Positions 1 to 10,016 of a stretch of 64,000 nucleotides of DNA are shown piece by piece (within the stretch, counting starts at the first letter, position 1; each line of letters opens with the position of its first letter). A model generated the notes under the pieces. It saw only the letters and a program-made list of their open reading frames with translations. It ran no database searches and was not told the DNA's origin. Source of the stretch: Ktedonobacterales bacterium (GTDB taxonomy: Bacteria; Chloroflexota; Ktedonobacteria; Ktedonobacterales; DATBGS01). The stretch spans positions 12,805-76,804 of the forward strand of contig DATGID010000131.1 in assembly GCA_035307385.1 (NCBI GenBank), given 5' to 3'. Position numbers and translations under genes: made by a program.

Positions 1-1
1 A

Positions 2-934
2 TATGGCGTTACGAATGATTATGTGATGGGCTTGCAGGTCGTCCTGCCCACCGGAGAGATCATCCGCACCGGTGGGCGCATGGTGAAGAATGTGACCGGC
101 TACAATTTACGCGCGCTTTTTACTGGCGCGGAAGGCACGCTAGGCGTCGTGACGGAGATTACGCTGCGGCTCTTGCCCAAACCGAAATATGCGCTGACGG
201 CGCTGGCTATCTTTCCCAGGCTGGAGGATGCAGCAGAGGCAGTGACGCGGATGATGGGTACCGGTATTATTCCGGCCAGCGTGGAATTGTTGGATCAGAC
301 CACGGTGCAATGTGTGGAGGAACTGCTGCATATCGGGCTGCCGGTGGAGGCCGAGGCGCTGCTGCTGTTTGCCGTCGATGGCAACTATGAGCAGATTGTG
401 CGCGCCGAATTGGATAGCATCGCTCAGGTGTGCAGGACGCAAGGCGCGGCGGAGGTGCGCGTTGCTGAGGATGCCGAGGAGAGCAATCAACTCTGGAGGG
501 CGCGGCGCTCGGTGTCGCCCGCACTGGCGCGGCGGCGTCCCAATAAGCTGGGCGAAGATGTGAGCGTCCCGCGAATGGCGGTTCCTGCGATGGTCCGCGC
601 TGTGCGGGAGATTGCCGCGCGGCATCACGTGACCATACCGGTCTTTGGGCATATTGGCGATGGCAATCTTCACCCCAACATTTTGTGTGATCGGTGTGAC
701 CCGGATGAAATGGCGCGCGTGCGGCTGGCAGCGGGGGAAATCTTCAAGGCGGCGATTGCGCTGGGGGGAACGCTCTCAGGGGAACACGGCATCGGGCTGC
801 TCAAAAAAGAATTTTTAGAACGTGACCTGGGCACGGCGCAGATCGAGGCGATGCGGCGCATCAAGGCTGCTCTGGACCCGCAGATGATCTTGAATCCGGG
901 AAAGATTTTCCCCACCGGGCAGAGCGACTGGTAA
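2..934 (+). CDS. glcD: FAD-linked oxidase, C-terminal part (glycolate oxidase GlcD / D-lactate dehydrogenase family); 5' end cut by window edge
   Basis: Frame open from nt 2 (YGVTNDYVMGLQVVLPTGEI...), stop TAA 932-934. C-terminal GTLSGEHGIGLLKKEF and ALDPQMILNPGKIF are typical of FAD-oxidase C-terminal domains. Confidence 0.8.
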   Translation, partial: YGVTNDYVMGLQVVLPTGEIIRTGGRMVKNVTGYNLRALFTGAEGTLGVVTEITLRLLPKPKYALTALAIFPRLEDAAEAVTRMMGTGIIPASVELLDQTTVQCVEELLHIGLPVEAEALLLFAVDGNYEQIVRAELDSIAQVCRTQGAAEVRVAEDAEESNQLWRARRSVSPALARRRPNKLGEDVSVPRMAVPAMVRAVREIAARHHVTIPVFGHIGDGNLHPNILCDRCDPDEMARVRLAAGEIFKAAIALGGTLSGEHGIGLLKKEFLERDLGTAQIEAMRRIKAALDPQMILNPGKIFPTGQSDW

Positions 935-1088
935 TGTCGTCGTCGCTCGTTTCTCTTGCGGGGGGATGAGCAGCGTGCTACACTTTCAATGAGCACTCTT
1001 CATTGCTTTCCTGGTAGTGGGAAAGAGCATGTTCTACGCTCGGTTTTGTTCTCTTCATTTCTCATAAAATACGTGAAAAGGATACTCG

Positions 1089-2099
1089 ATGGTAGCAACG
1101 ACTGAATCGCTTCGTTCGCTGCTTCAGATCAATCTGGGCAGCGTGGCGAATGCAACTGATGACGTACTGGGCAAGGTAACGCAGGTGTTGGTTGACCCCA
1201 AGACCTGGCAGATCAGCCATGTGGTGGTTCAGCGTGGTCTGGTCATGAAAAAACTGTTGGTACTTCCGGCAGAATTTATCACCGAGGCGCGCGCTGATGG
1301 GCTACGCCTGTCGCTGATGGTCGATGATCTGCTGCAAAAGGCGCAGATGCCCAAAGAAAATCTGCTGGCCCTGAAAGAGCATATGCCAGTGGTCAGCGGC
1401 TCAGAGAACCTGGGTGGCCTTTCTGAATTATTCTTTGATGCCGAAACCCGCCGGTTAACCTATCTGGTGGTGCATCGCCACGCTATCGCTGGCGGCGAGG
1501 TATTGCTGACCGCCGATCAGGTCACTGGTCTCACATCTGATCGCCTGGAAGTGACCATCGCTTCCAAAGATTTTGCTTTGCTGCCCCATTATCAGGCCGA
1601 CCCCGCATTGGAAGAGGTGGTGCGCCAGGCGCTTTGGGATTATCCGCGCCTGCGCGTTGATCTTGGCGCGGTGACTGTGCATGCCCAGTGTAACGAGGTC
1701 TGGCTTTTGGGCCATGTCTCCAGCGACATCAACCGCCGTTTGATAGAAGACCTTGCCCGTGCTGTGCCAGGCGTTCGCGAAGTGCATAACGAGGTCGTTG
1801 CGGATACTGATCTGGCGGTAGCTATCGCTGGGGCGCTGGCGAAGCACGAAGAGACAAGAGGACTGCCTATCGGCGTGTATCCTACGCTGGGCGATGTCTA
1901 TCTGCGCGGCCTGGTACGCACGGAAGAGTCAAGGCAGATTGCTGAGCAGGTGGCCCTCGATGTTCCTGGCGTCAAGGCGGTCCATAATGACCTGGTGGTG
2001 AGCGAGAAAACGGATTATCTGCCCACTCTGGCAGGTGTCAATGGTACTGAGGATATTGTTCCGGGTGGCGAGGGCGTCAAATCGAAACGTTCGATCTGA
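1089..2099 (+). CDS. PRC-barrel / BON domain protein
   Basis: 336-aa ORF with ATG 6 nt after AAAGGA. Two PRC-barrel-like segments (GKVTQVLVDPKTWQISHVVVQ; LTYLVVHRHAIAGGEVLL), then two BON-like units ending VPGVREVHNEVV and VPGVKAVHNDLV. Confidence 0.7.
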   Translation: MVATTESLRSLLQINLGSVANATDDVLGKVTQVLVDPKTWQISHVVVQRGLVMKKLLVLPAEFITEARADGLRLSLMVDDLLQKAQMPKENLLALKEHMPVVSGSENLGGLSELFFDAETRRLTYLVVHRHAIAGGEVLLTADQVTGLTSDRLEVTIASKDFALLPHYQADPALEEVVRQALWDYPRLRVDLGAVTVHAQCNEVWLLGHVSSDINRRLIEDLARAVPGVREVHNEVVADTDLAVAIAGALAKHEETRGLPIGVYPTLGDVYLRGLVRTEESRQIAEQVALDVPGVKAVHNDLVVSEKTDYLPTLAGVNGTEDIVPGGEGVKSKRSI

Positions 2100-2143
2100 G
2101 CATTGCTCTGTAGCTTTTTGACGGAGCCGAGGTTGAATCAATC

Positions 2144-3124
2144 ATGCTTGCACTGGCGCTTCCACTCTCCTTTTTTCTGGTGATGCTCGAAACCGCTCTC
2201 GGGTCGTTTATCGTTTTGTTTTTGCTGGATGTCTACGGCAGTATCAAAACGACGCAGCTCATTGCGGCGACTAATGCTAAAGCCGTTACAACGGAATCGG
2301 CATCGGCGGATGAGGAAGCTGCGGAAAGCCCCAAGACGCTCTCCGCCGCGCAGGCGGAAAAGCGCGTTGGGGTCACCAGGGGCTTTCTGGTCTTCCAGGG
2401 CTTACTTTATCTGCTGTTGGCGTTACTTACCTTCTGGTTTGGTTCCGTCTTTGCCACCACTGCTGTTTTTGACGGAGTGAAAGGATTTTATCAGCAGTAT
2501 CCCCTTGATCGGCCCTGGCTGGCGTATCAATTTACGCCGCTGCTGATCTTTATGGGGCTGCTGCTGGTCTATAACGTATTGCTCTGGCTGAATCGGCGCC
2601 TGACGCGGTGGGTCGTTGGTGGGCTGGCCTGCCTGGCCGGATTGGCAGAGTTACTGGTGATTGGGATGGCTTATCGCCCGCTGGCGTCTGAGAGCCTGGG
2701 AGGGGCGCTGACCATTGCCAGCATCATCGTGGGCGCGCTCGCGCTGGGTGGCGTGCTGACGGCGATGCTGCTGGGGCACTGGTATCTGAACACGCCCACC
2801 GCTTCCGGCAAGCCGCTGGAGTTTGCCACGCTGGTGATGCTGGTTGGGGTGGCGCTGGAATTGATCTTCAGCTTTTTCATCCACAGCACCGTTCCTGCCG
2901 GGCTGCCGCAGTTGGGAACACCGCCTATTTCGGCAAATGGCCTGGATGTGATTCGGTTTATCTTCGGCTTTGTCTTCACCCTGGGCCTGGGCGCGCTGGC
3001 CTATCGTCTGACGAGAGGGCGCTCCTTCCAGTCGGCAACAGGCATGCTCTATCTGGCTGTGGCCTTTGCCTTCACCGGAGAAATTATGGCGCGGGGCCTC
3101 TTCTTTCTCCCCCCGACGCTCTAG
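2144..3124 (+). CDS. polytopic integral membrane protein, function unknown
   Basis: 326-aa ORF: N-terminal hydrophobic helix, Ala/Glu-rich linker, then about 7 hydrophobic helices. No motif I can name. Confidence 0.55.
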   Translation: MLALALPLSFFLVMLETALGSFIVLFLLDVYGSIKTTQLIAATNAKAVTTESASADEEAAESPKTLSAAQAEKRVGVTRGFLVFQGLLYLLLALLTFWFGSVFATTAVFDGVKGFYQQYPLDRPWLAYQFTPLLIFMGLLLVYNVLLWLNRRLTRWVVGGLACLAGLAELLVIGMAYRPLASESLGGALTIASIIVGALALGGVLTAMLLGHWYLNTPTASGKPLEFATLVMLVGVALELIFSFFIHSTVPAGLPQLGTPPISANGLDVIRFIFGFVFTLGLGALAYRLTRGRSFQSATGMLYLAVAFAFTGEIMARGLFFLPPTL

Positions 3125-3137
3125 TAGGTGTGTGACG

Positions 3138-3174
3138 AAGCGGTAGGCGCTACTGATAGCAGCGCCTACCGCTT
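3138..3174. terminator. perfect 14-bp hairpin between convergent genes (candidate bidirectional terminator, no U-tract)
   Basis: AAGCGGTAGGCGCT (3138-3151), 9-nt loop, AGCGCCTACCGCTT (3161-3174). Lies between the stop at 3124 (+) and the stop at 3177 (-). Confidence 0.5.
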
Positions 3175-3176
3175 GT

Positions 3177-3974
3177 TTATGCATATGTTTCCAGAAAAGC
3201 GCTCAGTGCGCGGTTAAAAGCCTCGGGCCGCTCCATGTTGGCAAGGTGCGCAGCCTTTGGGATGGTCACAAGCTGGGCATGAGGGATACACTGGGCCATC
3301 ATCCTGGCGTCCGAAGGTGGGGTGAGGCCGTCTTCCTCACCTACCAGGACGAGCGTGGGGCATTGAATCTGGGACAATAAATCGGTGGAGTCTGGCCGAA
3401 GTGCCATGCCGCGCAACGCACCTGCTATGCCGGCAGGCGTAGCGATTTCCATCATCGCTCGCAAGCGGGCCGTTGTTCCGATCTGCTCCTGGAGCGTTTC
3501 TGCGGTGAGCAATTTGGGGAGAAGTTGCTCTACGACAGCCTGGCTTCCTTCACGCTCGGCTAGCCGGGCCGTTTCTTCGCGGGTGGCGCGTCCCCCGGGT
3601 GTATCGGCTTGTGGGCGTGTATCGGCCAGGATCAATGCGCGCACGCGGGTTCGGTATGCGCGGTAGAAGGCAAAGGCAACGTAGCCACCCATCGAAAGCC
3701 CGCCCAGCACACACGCTTCGATGTGGAGCACATCAAGCAGCGCGGCGATGTCATCGGCAAGCATATCCATCAAATAGGGGCCTTCTGGTACTTCGGATTC
3801 GCCAAAGCCGCGAAAATCGGGGGTGATCACCTCAAAGTCGTGACCTTGTATCAACGTACTAATCTGGGGCGCCCACATGGAGCGATTACAGGGAAAGGCA
3901 TGCAGCAGCACTAAAGGCTTGCCTGCCCCCCATTCCTCGTAACCGAGATAGATGCCATTTGCCTGGATGCGCAT
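3177..3974 (-). CDS. alpha/beta-fold hydrolase
   Basis: ATG at 3974 sits 8 nt after AAGGAG; the longer ORF start at 4022 lacks an RBS. HAFPCNRSMW oxyanion region and GLSMGG nucleophile elbow (G-x-S-x-G). Confidence 0.8.
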   Translation of the reverse strand: MRIQANGIYLGYEEWGAGKPLVLLHAFPCNRSMWAPQISTLIQGHDFEVITPDFRGFGESEVPEGPYLMDMLADDIAALLDVLHIEACVLGGLSMGGYVAFAFYRAYRTRVRALILADTRPQADTPGGRATREETARLAEREGSQAVVEQLLPKLLTAETLQEQIGTTARLRAMMEIATPAGIAGALRGMALRPDSTDLLSQIQCPTLVLVGEEDGLTPPSDARMMAQCIPHAQLVTIPKAAHLANMERPEAFNRALSAFLETYA

Positions 3975-4214
3975 AGTAATACGCTCCTTTCGCCGGGCTG
4001 CGCTGCTCAGTGGCCTTCTCAATTGGGTGTATATTTCTTAACTGCACAGACTATACCCTTGATTTCAAGGACCCTTTTAGGTCTCGCTTCAGGCATGCGA
4101 GAGCGCGGCACCAGAGCACAGAGCATGGGCAAGCCTGAGAGAAGGCCAGCGATGTGTGCTATCATATCCCCAACGTGAAGGGTCTTTCCAACGCTGTTTT
4201 TCAGGAGAAAGGCA

Positions 4215-5393
4215 ATGGATCAAGAACGCATTCAACATGCCATCCGCGCCGCAGGTTTCGACGGCTGGCTCTTTTACGATTTTCGCAAATCAAACCTGCT
4301 GGCGTATCGGGTGCTGGGGTTAGATGAGGGAGGGTTCTATAGCCGCCGCTGGTTGTATTTTATCCCTGCTCAGGGGGAGCCGACGGCCATCATTAGCTCG
4401 GTCGAGCCACATGTGCTGCGTGAACTGCCAGGAAAACGGCTGGTCTTCCGCTCCTGGCAGGAGCTTGGTTCTGCCCTGGCAGAGACACTCCAGGGGGCGC
4501 GGCGGCTGGCGATGGAATATTCGCCGATGAATGCGATTCCTACGATGGCGCGCGTGGACGCAGGCACGGTAGAACTGGTTCGCGCGCTTGATAAAGAGAT
4601 TGTGAGTTCGGCCAACCTTGTGCAGCAGTTTGTGGCAGTTTTAAGCGAAGCGCAGATGGAGATGCACCGCGAGGCTGGTCGCCGCTTGATCGCGATCAAA
4701 GATGATTTGATACGCTCCATCGCCCAGCAGGTGCGTGCGGGTGCCGCGCTTACCGAATATGGCGTGCAGCAAGATTTTCTGGCGCGCATACAGGCTGCCG
4801 GTCTGGTGACGGATGGCGCGCCGATTGTGGCCGTGAATACGCATGCAGGCGACCCGCACTATGGGCCGTCGGCTGAAGCGACCACCACGATACGCGAAGG
4901 TGATCTGCTGCTGCTGGATTTCTGGGGGCATCTTGCACAGGAAGGCGCTATCTTTGCCGACTATACCTGGACGGTGTTTGTTGGCGCGCGTGTGCCGGAA
5001 CAGCAGCAGAAGATTTTTGATCTGGTGCGCCAGGCGCGCGATCATGGCATCAGTGTTTTGCGCGAACGGGTGGAGCAAGGACAACCGGTGCAAGGCTGGG
5101 AAGTTGATCAGGCGGTTCGTGATCTGATGACGACCAACGGCTATGGCGAGTATTTCGTCCATCGCACCGGCCACAGCATTACGACGGTGGAACATGGCGA
5201 TGGCGCGAACCTGGATAATCTGGAGACACACGATGAGCGTTTGATTCTGCCCGGAACGTGTTGCTCTGTTGAGCCGGGTATTTATCTGCCAGAGTTTGGC
5301 GTGCGCAGTGAGGTCAATGTGCTGGTGCATGCTAAGAGCATCGAAGTAACGGGTGTGCCCATCCAGGAGGCGCTGATTCCCATCCTGGCATAA
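4215..5393 (+). CDS. M24-family Xaa-Pro aminopeptidase/dipeptidase
   Basis: 392 aa with AGGAGA RBS. HRTGHSI, SVEPGIY and the D/D/H/E/E metal-ligand spacing of the pita-bread fold. Confidence 0.8.
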   Translation: MDQERIQHAIRAAGFDGWLFYDFRKSNLLAYRVLGLDEGGFYSRRWLYFIPAQGEPTAIISSVEPHVLRELPGKRLVFRSWQELGSALAETLQGARRLAMEYSPMNAIPTMARVDAGTVELVRALDKEIVSSANLVQQFVAVLSEAQMEMHREAGRRLIAIKDDLIRSIAQQVRAGAALTEYGVQQDFLARIQAAGLVTDGAPIVAVNTHAGDPHYGPSAEATTTIREGDLLLLDFWGHLAQEGAIFADYTWTVFVGARVPEQQQKIFDLVRQARDHGISVLRERVEQGQPVQGWEVDQAVRDLMTTNGYGEYFVHRTGHSITTVEHGDGANLDNLETHDERLILPGTCCSVEPGIYLPEFGVRSEVNVLVHAKSIEVTGVPIQEALIPILA

Positions 5394-5447
5394 GCTATTC
5401 TTATAGCCAAAAGGGGCCGAGCACCGCTCGGGAGCGCTGCCAGAAAC

Positions 5448-5487
5448 CAACGGCCCGCCTGCTGCATTATCGGCAGGCGGGCCGTTG
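5448..5487. terminator. perfect 15-bp GC-rich hairpin between convergent genes
   Basis: CAACGGCCCGCCTGC (5448-5462), 10-nt loop, GCAGGCGGGCCGTTG (5473-5487). Lies between the stops at 5393 (+) and 5498 (-). No U-tract on either side. Confidence 0.5.
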
Positions 5488-5497
5488 ATTCAGAAAC

Positions 5498-6385
5498 TTA
5501 TGCTTGTTGTGTGGCTTCTTCAGCGGCTTTGGCCTGGTCCCAAGCGTGATAGGAACTGCGCACGAGTGGCCCGGCCTCGACATGGCGAAAGCCCATCTTT
5601 TTGCCTTCCTGGGCAAACGTGCGGAATTCCTCCGGCTTGACATAGCGCTCAACCGGCAGGTGGTTGAAGGATGGGCGCAGGTATTGCCCAATGGTCACGA
5701 TATCTACGTCGTGCTCGCGAAGATCGCGCAAGGTTTGGATGACTTCATCGTATTCTTCGCCCAGACCCAGCATAAAGCCGGACTTGGTAGGTCGTTCGGG
5801 ATTCAGTTCTTTGGCCCACTTGAGCACCTGGAGCGAGCGGGTATAGACCGCCTGAGGGCGAACGCGCTTGTAGAGGCGCGGTACGGTCTCGATGTTGTGA
5901 TTGAAGACATTCGGCTTCGCTTCCATGACGATGCGCAAGGCGTCGTGGTCGCCCTTGAAGTCGGGGGTCAGCACCTCAACCGCGCATTCAGGATTGACGC
6001 GGCGAATCCAACGGATGGTTGCTGCAAAGAGTGTCGCGCCGCCATCGCGCAGTTCGTCGCGGTTGACCGAAGTAACGACACAGTGGCGCAGGTCCATGGT
6101 TTTGACGGCTTCGGCCACACGGCGCGGTTCTTCCCAGTCGAGCGCCATTGGGCGTCCGGTGGCAACAGCGCAAAAGCCACAACTGCGTGTGCACACGCTG
6201 CCCAGAATCATGAAGGTGGCTGTGCGGTGGCCCCAGCATTCGCCGATATTCGGGCAGCGCGCCTCCTCACACACGGTATGCAGCCCTTTGTCGCGCATAA
6301 GCGTTTTGAGCGCGGTATAATTCTGGCCCTGGGGCGTGTGAATCTTCAGCCACTCGGGGCGGCGTTCAAGCGTTGCAGACATCAT
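5498..6385 (-). CDS. lipA: lipoyl synthase
   Basis: CEEARCPNIGECW and radical-SAM CTRSCGFCAV motifs; GAGGTG RBS upstream of ATGATG. Confidence 0.95.
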   Translation of the reverse strand: MMSATLERRPEWLKIHTPQGQNYTALKTLMRDKGLHTVCEEARCPNIGECWGHRTATFMILGSVCTRSCGFCAVATGRPMALDWEEPRRVAEAVKTMDLRHCVVTSVNRDELRDGGATLFAATIRWIRRVNPECAVEVLTPDFKGDHDALRIVMEAKPNVFNHNIETVPRLYKRVRPQAVYTRSLQVLKWAKELNPERPTKSGFMLGLGEEYDEVIQTLRDLREHDVDIVTIGQYLRPSFNHLPVERYVKPEEFRTFAQEGKKMGFRHVEAGPLVRSSYHAWDQAKAAEEATQQA

Positions 6386-6536
6386 GCACCTCGTAAGCTC
6401 ACGAATCGCGGTCTGAAGAGGGAGCGCTGGCGTTAAGCATCATGTAAACCCTGCCACGCGAGCACATCAACCTCGATGAGACGCTATCGGCTGTATTGTA
6501 CAATAGCGGCTTCTGTCTGGCAACCTGGCAAGTGGT

Positions 6537-7574
6537 CTACCGTGCCGACCAGAAGCGGCGCAGCAGCGCATCATCAGATGTGGGAACATAGGAGCGGAGC
6601 AGTCGACAGGCATCCCCTGCCAGATAATATGCGCCGAGTGCTGCCGGTAATACCACTGTGTCGCCCTTGCCGAGCGCGAGCGGTTCGTCGCGTCCGGTGC
6701 TGAGCGTGCATGTGCCATCAAGTAGCGAGAGTATCTGACAACTGGAGCGGTTGGTGATACCTTTCAACGCTCCCTGGAGGATGAGTTCTTCTAACACAAA
6801 ATAGCGGCAAGCGACAAGACAGCGATGCAAGGAAACTCCAGCCTGGTCGTTCAGCACCACAGGCCGAACCTTATGTATGGGCGTTGGTTCATAGTCCATC
6901 ACGTCGAGGGCTTTCTCGACATGTAATTCGCGTGGCTTGCCCTCGGCGGTCAGACGCCCATAGTCGTATTGGCGGTAGGTGACATCTGAGTATTCCTGGA
7001 GTTCATAGAGGACGATGCCTGCGCCGATGGCGTGAACCGTTCCGGCAGGCACAAAGACAACATCGCCCGCCTGCACCTGCTCTTCATGTAGCAGGGATTC
7101 GAGGGTCACATCGGCGATGGCATGGCGTACTTCCTCGTGGGTAACGGCGCGTCGCAGCCCATGAATAAGCGCTGCGCCAGGGTCGGCGTGGAGGATGTAC
7201 CATGCCTCGGTTTTGCCCAGCTTGCCGCCTTCGTGCTGGCGGGCGTATTCGTCGGCAGGATGCACCTGGACGGAGAGCTTATCCTGGGCGTCGATGAACT
7301 TGGCAAGCAGAGGGAAGCGCGGACCAAAGACCTCCAGCGCCTGGGTGCCCAGCAGTGGCTCGCCTAGTTCAACCACCAGATCACTCAGGCTGCGCCCCTG
7401 ATACGGTGAATTGATCACCTGGTTGCCTGTTTCGGTTTCCCAGGATTCCCCAACCTTTGCGCCGGGCGGCACGGATTTTCCGGCATAGCGAGCCAGGTTC
7501 TGGCCGCCCCAAATGGTTTCATGCAGGCTTGCGCGCAGGTGAATGGGGTGCAGCCCTGCACCAGATGGCGCCAT
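6537..7574 (-). CDS. manA: class I mannose-6-phosphate isomerase
   Basis: IWGG near the N-terminus, ESWE, LSVQVHP, VHAIGAGIVLYELQ; length 345 aa. Confidence 0.8.
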   Translation of the reverse strand: MAPSGAGLHPIHLRASLHETIWGGQNLARYAGKSVPPGAKVGESWETETGNQVINSPYQGRSLSDLVVELGEPLLGTQALEVFGPRFPLLAKFIDAQDKLSVQVHPADEYARQHEGGKLGKTEAWYILHADPGAALIHGLRRAVTHEEVRHAIADVTLESLLHEEQVQAGDVVFVPAGTVHAIGAGIVLYELQEYSDVTYRQYDYGRLTAEGKPRELHVEKALDVMDYEPTPIHKVRPVVLNDQAGVSLHRCLVACRYFVLEELILQGALKGITNRSSCQILSLLDGTCTLSTGRDEPLALGKGDTVVLPAALGAYYLAGDACRLLRSYVPTSDDALLRRFWSAR

Positions 7575-7596
7575 CAGCGAGTGCTCCTCACCAGGA

Positions 7597-7917
7597 TCAG
7601 GAGACCTTGTTAATAAGCTGGACAGCCCGGCTGATGGCGCTTTTGGCCTCTGCCGGGGGCATCTGGCTTAAACAATCGTCAACATGATGCTTGAGGATTT
7701 CAGCCGCTACTTTATCCATTGCCGAGCGGACAGCCAGGACCTGGGTAATAACATCTTCGCAGTTGCGCTGCTCATCCAGCATGCGAATAATTCCGCGCAC
7801 CTGGCCTTCGATGCGGCGCAGCCGGTTACTTATATCGCTGTCGTTTTGTTCTTCGAGTGCGGCCATAATCCCAACGATCTTCTGCTTCTCTTGCAAGGAA
7901 TGGGCCAGAGTCGCCAT
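7597..7917 (-). CDS. csoR: CsoR/RcnR-family metal-sensing transcriptional repressor
   Basis: LRRIEGQVRGIIRML, C in QRNCEDV, and H/C in KHHVDDC (x-C-H-C ligand pattern). The ORF-track N-terminal extension to 8265 overlaps trxA out of frame and was discarded. Confidence 0.75.
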   Translation of the reverse strand: MATLAHSLQEKQKIVGIMAALEEQNDSDISNRLRRIEGQVRGIIRMLDEQRNCEDVITQVLAVRSAMDKVAAEILKHHVDDCLSQMPPAEAKSAISRAVQLINKVS

Positions 7918-8012
7918 GGCAGGCGTATCCCTGACCTGGACAGGATAAGCTTTGATGCTCCAGGAGGGCTGCGGAGTATGAACCCTCCTGGCAGCCAAAG
8001 CAATCTTATCGG

Positions 8013-8348
8013 TTAGGCAGCAGCGAGCACGCTCTCGATGACACGCTTGAGTGCGGCAGGGCCACCAAAGCCAACCATGCGATTCACTTCGCGACCATCT
8101 TTGAAGAAGATGACCGTGGGGATGCCCTGAATGCCATACTTGACGGGAGTGTCCGGATTTTCGTCGGTATTCATCTTGGCAAAGCGCAGCTTGCCAGCAT
8201 ATTCGATGCTCATCTGCTCGAAGACCGGCGCCATGGCCCGACATGGGCCACACCAGGGCGCCCAATAATCAACAATCACCGGCTCAGGCGACTTCAGCAC
8301 CTGCTGCTCAAAGTCCTGATCGGTCACATGCACATAAGAACCCGCCAT
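8013..8348 (-). CDS. trxA: thioredoxin
   Basis: WAPWCGPC active site, 111 aa, AGGAGG RBS. Confidence 0.95.
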   Translation of the reverse strand: MAGSYVHVTDQDFEQQVLKSPEPVIVDYWAPWCGPCRAMAPVFEQMSIEYAGKLRFAKMNTDENPDTPVKYGIQGIPTVIFFKDGREVNRMVGFGGPAALKRVIESVLAAA

Positions 8349-8461
8349 TGAGAACCTCCTAGTGGCGACACTGGCTCCTGGTTTTGTTGTATTTCAGGGA
8401 GGAATCCAGATACCCTCCCTGGGTATCCTTAGCATAACATCGAAACGTTGCGCTGTCAAGC

Positions 8462-9802
8462 TCAACCATTTATGCCTTTGAGTATCCGGGGCCAGGCTGG
8501 TTTCCCCAGCACCGCTCGCACGACGGCAACAATCAAGGCGGCGTTACGTGCAGCAATCACGCCGAGCAGCACAGGGTTGGTGATCTCGTTATCTACGTGA
8601 TAATAGACGTGATATAGAAAGGGGTAGATGAGGGTGTTCAGAAGGCAGATCAAGAACCAGAGCAGGTCAAATCCCACTACATAAGCCACTAGGGGCAGTA
8701 TCCAGATGAGGTATTGTGGACTAAGCACCTTGTTACAAATGAGGATGACGCCGACAGCAGCCAGGAATGCTTGCCCAAGCGCTAACTGCCCGCGCCAGAC
8801 ACGCCAATAGACCAGCAATGAGCCTGCTACCAGCCCTACAGATGAAAGCAGCTTGAGCAGGTCTTCCAACGGCCCGATCAGATTGAGCGATCCAAACGAG
8901 ATGACCCCTTGCACAGGAAAACCGAAAAATGTCCCTAACCAGAGCAGCGAGCCGGGCAGCGACTCAATCTGGATGGGCCGCTCCAGGTTATAGGTGAAGA
9001 CGGATGTGACTTGGAGAGTGTTGATTGCAAGTGGAAGGCCGAAGCCCAGCACCACCAGGGCGGCAAAAGTGCCGAGATTTTTGAGCATTGGGCGTCCGCG
9101 CTGCCACAGCAGCCTATACCTCTCTTTCTGCCTATTCTGAGTTGTTGAGCCTATTGCTGACCTCTCGCGCCACTCTGCCGCCATGAGCACAGGCAGGAGA
9201 AAGGCCGGGTAGAGCTTGAGCAGTACCCCGACGGCCAGCATGGCATAGGCCCAGGCGTAGCGCTTACGTTCAGCTAGCAGCAGCGCCCCAAACGTTGCCA
9301 GCGCCGGAAGCAGATCATAACGCATCAGCAGCGTCGCCATCGCGCCCACGAGCAGATAGAGCGCATAAGCCAGCGCTGTACGATGCGAGGCCATCCGTGC
9401 CAGCCAGAGATAGGACAGACAGATGATCACGCCTATCCAAAAAGCAAAAGCCCAGTAGTAAAGGATGCCGGAGAATGGAGAAAGCGTGAACGTGAAGGGC
9501 AGCAGCGCCAATGGCGGATATTCCTGGGGAAATTGGTGAAAGAGCGGCGCTTGCGTCCAGAATGCCAGCGCATACTGATGGTATTCGATGACATCGCCCA
9601 GAGTGAGGAACTGAGGCGACCAGATAAATGAGGTAATCGCGTGGAGGATAATTGCCAACAAACAAACCTCGAAGGCGAGCAGGAGCCAACGTGGTTTAGA
9701 CTTCCTTTTCTCACGAATCGGCTGATCTTCTACTAAGGTAGGGGGAAGATGTTGCTGAATAGCTGGCCCAGACGTCGATAGATTCAAGATACCGGCCTCC
9801 AC
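8462..9802 (-). CDS. polytopic membrane protein, GT-C-type glycosyltransferase-like (DUF2029/GT87-like, tentative)
   Basis: 446 aa, GTG start, more than 10 hydrophobic helices. The family assignment is by overall resemblance only. Confidence 0.5.
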   Translation of the reverse strand: MEAGILNLSTSGPAIQQHLPPTLVEDQPIREKRKSKPRWLLLAFEVCLLAIILHAITSFIWSPQFLTLGDVIEYHQYALAFWTQAPLFHQFPQEYPPLALLPFTFTLSPFSGILYYWAFAFWIGVIICLSYLWLARMASHRTALAYALYLLVGAMATLLMRYDLLPALATFGALLLAERKRYAWAYAMLAVGVLLKLYPAFLLPVLMAAEWRERSAIGSTTQNRQKERYRLLWQRGRPMLKNLGTFAALVVLGFGLPLAINTLQVTSVFTYNLERPIQIESLPGSLLWLGTFFGFPVQGVISFGSLNLIGPLEDLLKLLSSVGLVAGSLLVYWRVWRGQLALGQAFLAAVGVILICNKVLSPQYLIWILPLVAYVVGFDLLWFLICLLNTLIYPFLYHVYYHVDNEITNPVLLGVIAARNAALIVAVVRAVLGKPAWPRILKGING

Positions 9803-10016
9803 TGTGTCGCGCTGGAAAGGATACGCCAGAGTTCTCCTTCTTGTATCTTAACATGTGCAGGTGAAGAACTGCGAGACACCCATCGCCCCTGCCTGATCGA
9901 TAGGCATGATGAGGCGCGGTATGTTATGCTGTGGCGGCAATAATCTTGCAATAGACCTTGCTTTCAGTGTCCTCGATTGATAGGCGTGTCCTTTGGGCTT
10001 CCTTTTGAGGAGTGTG

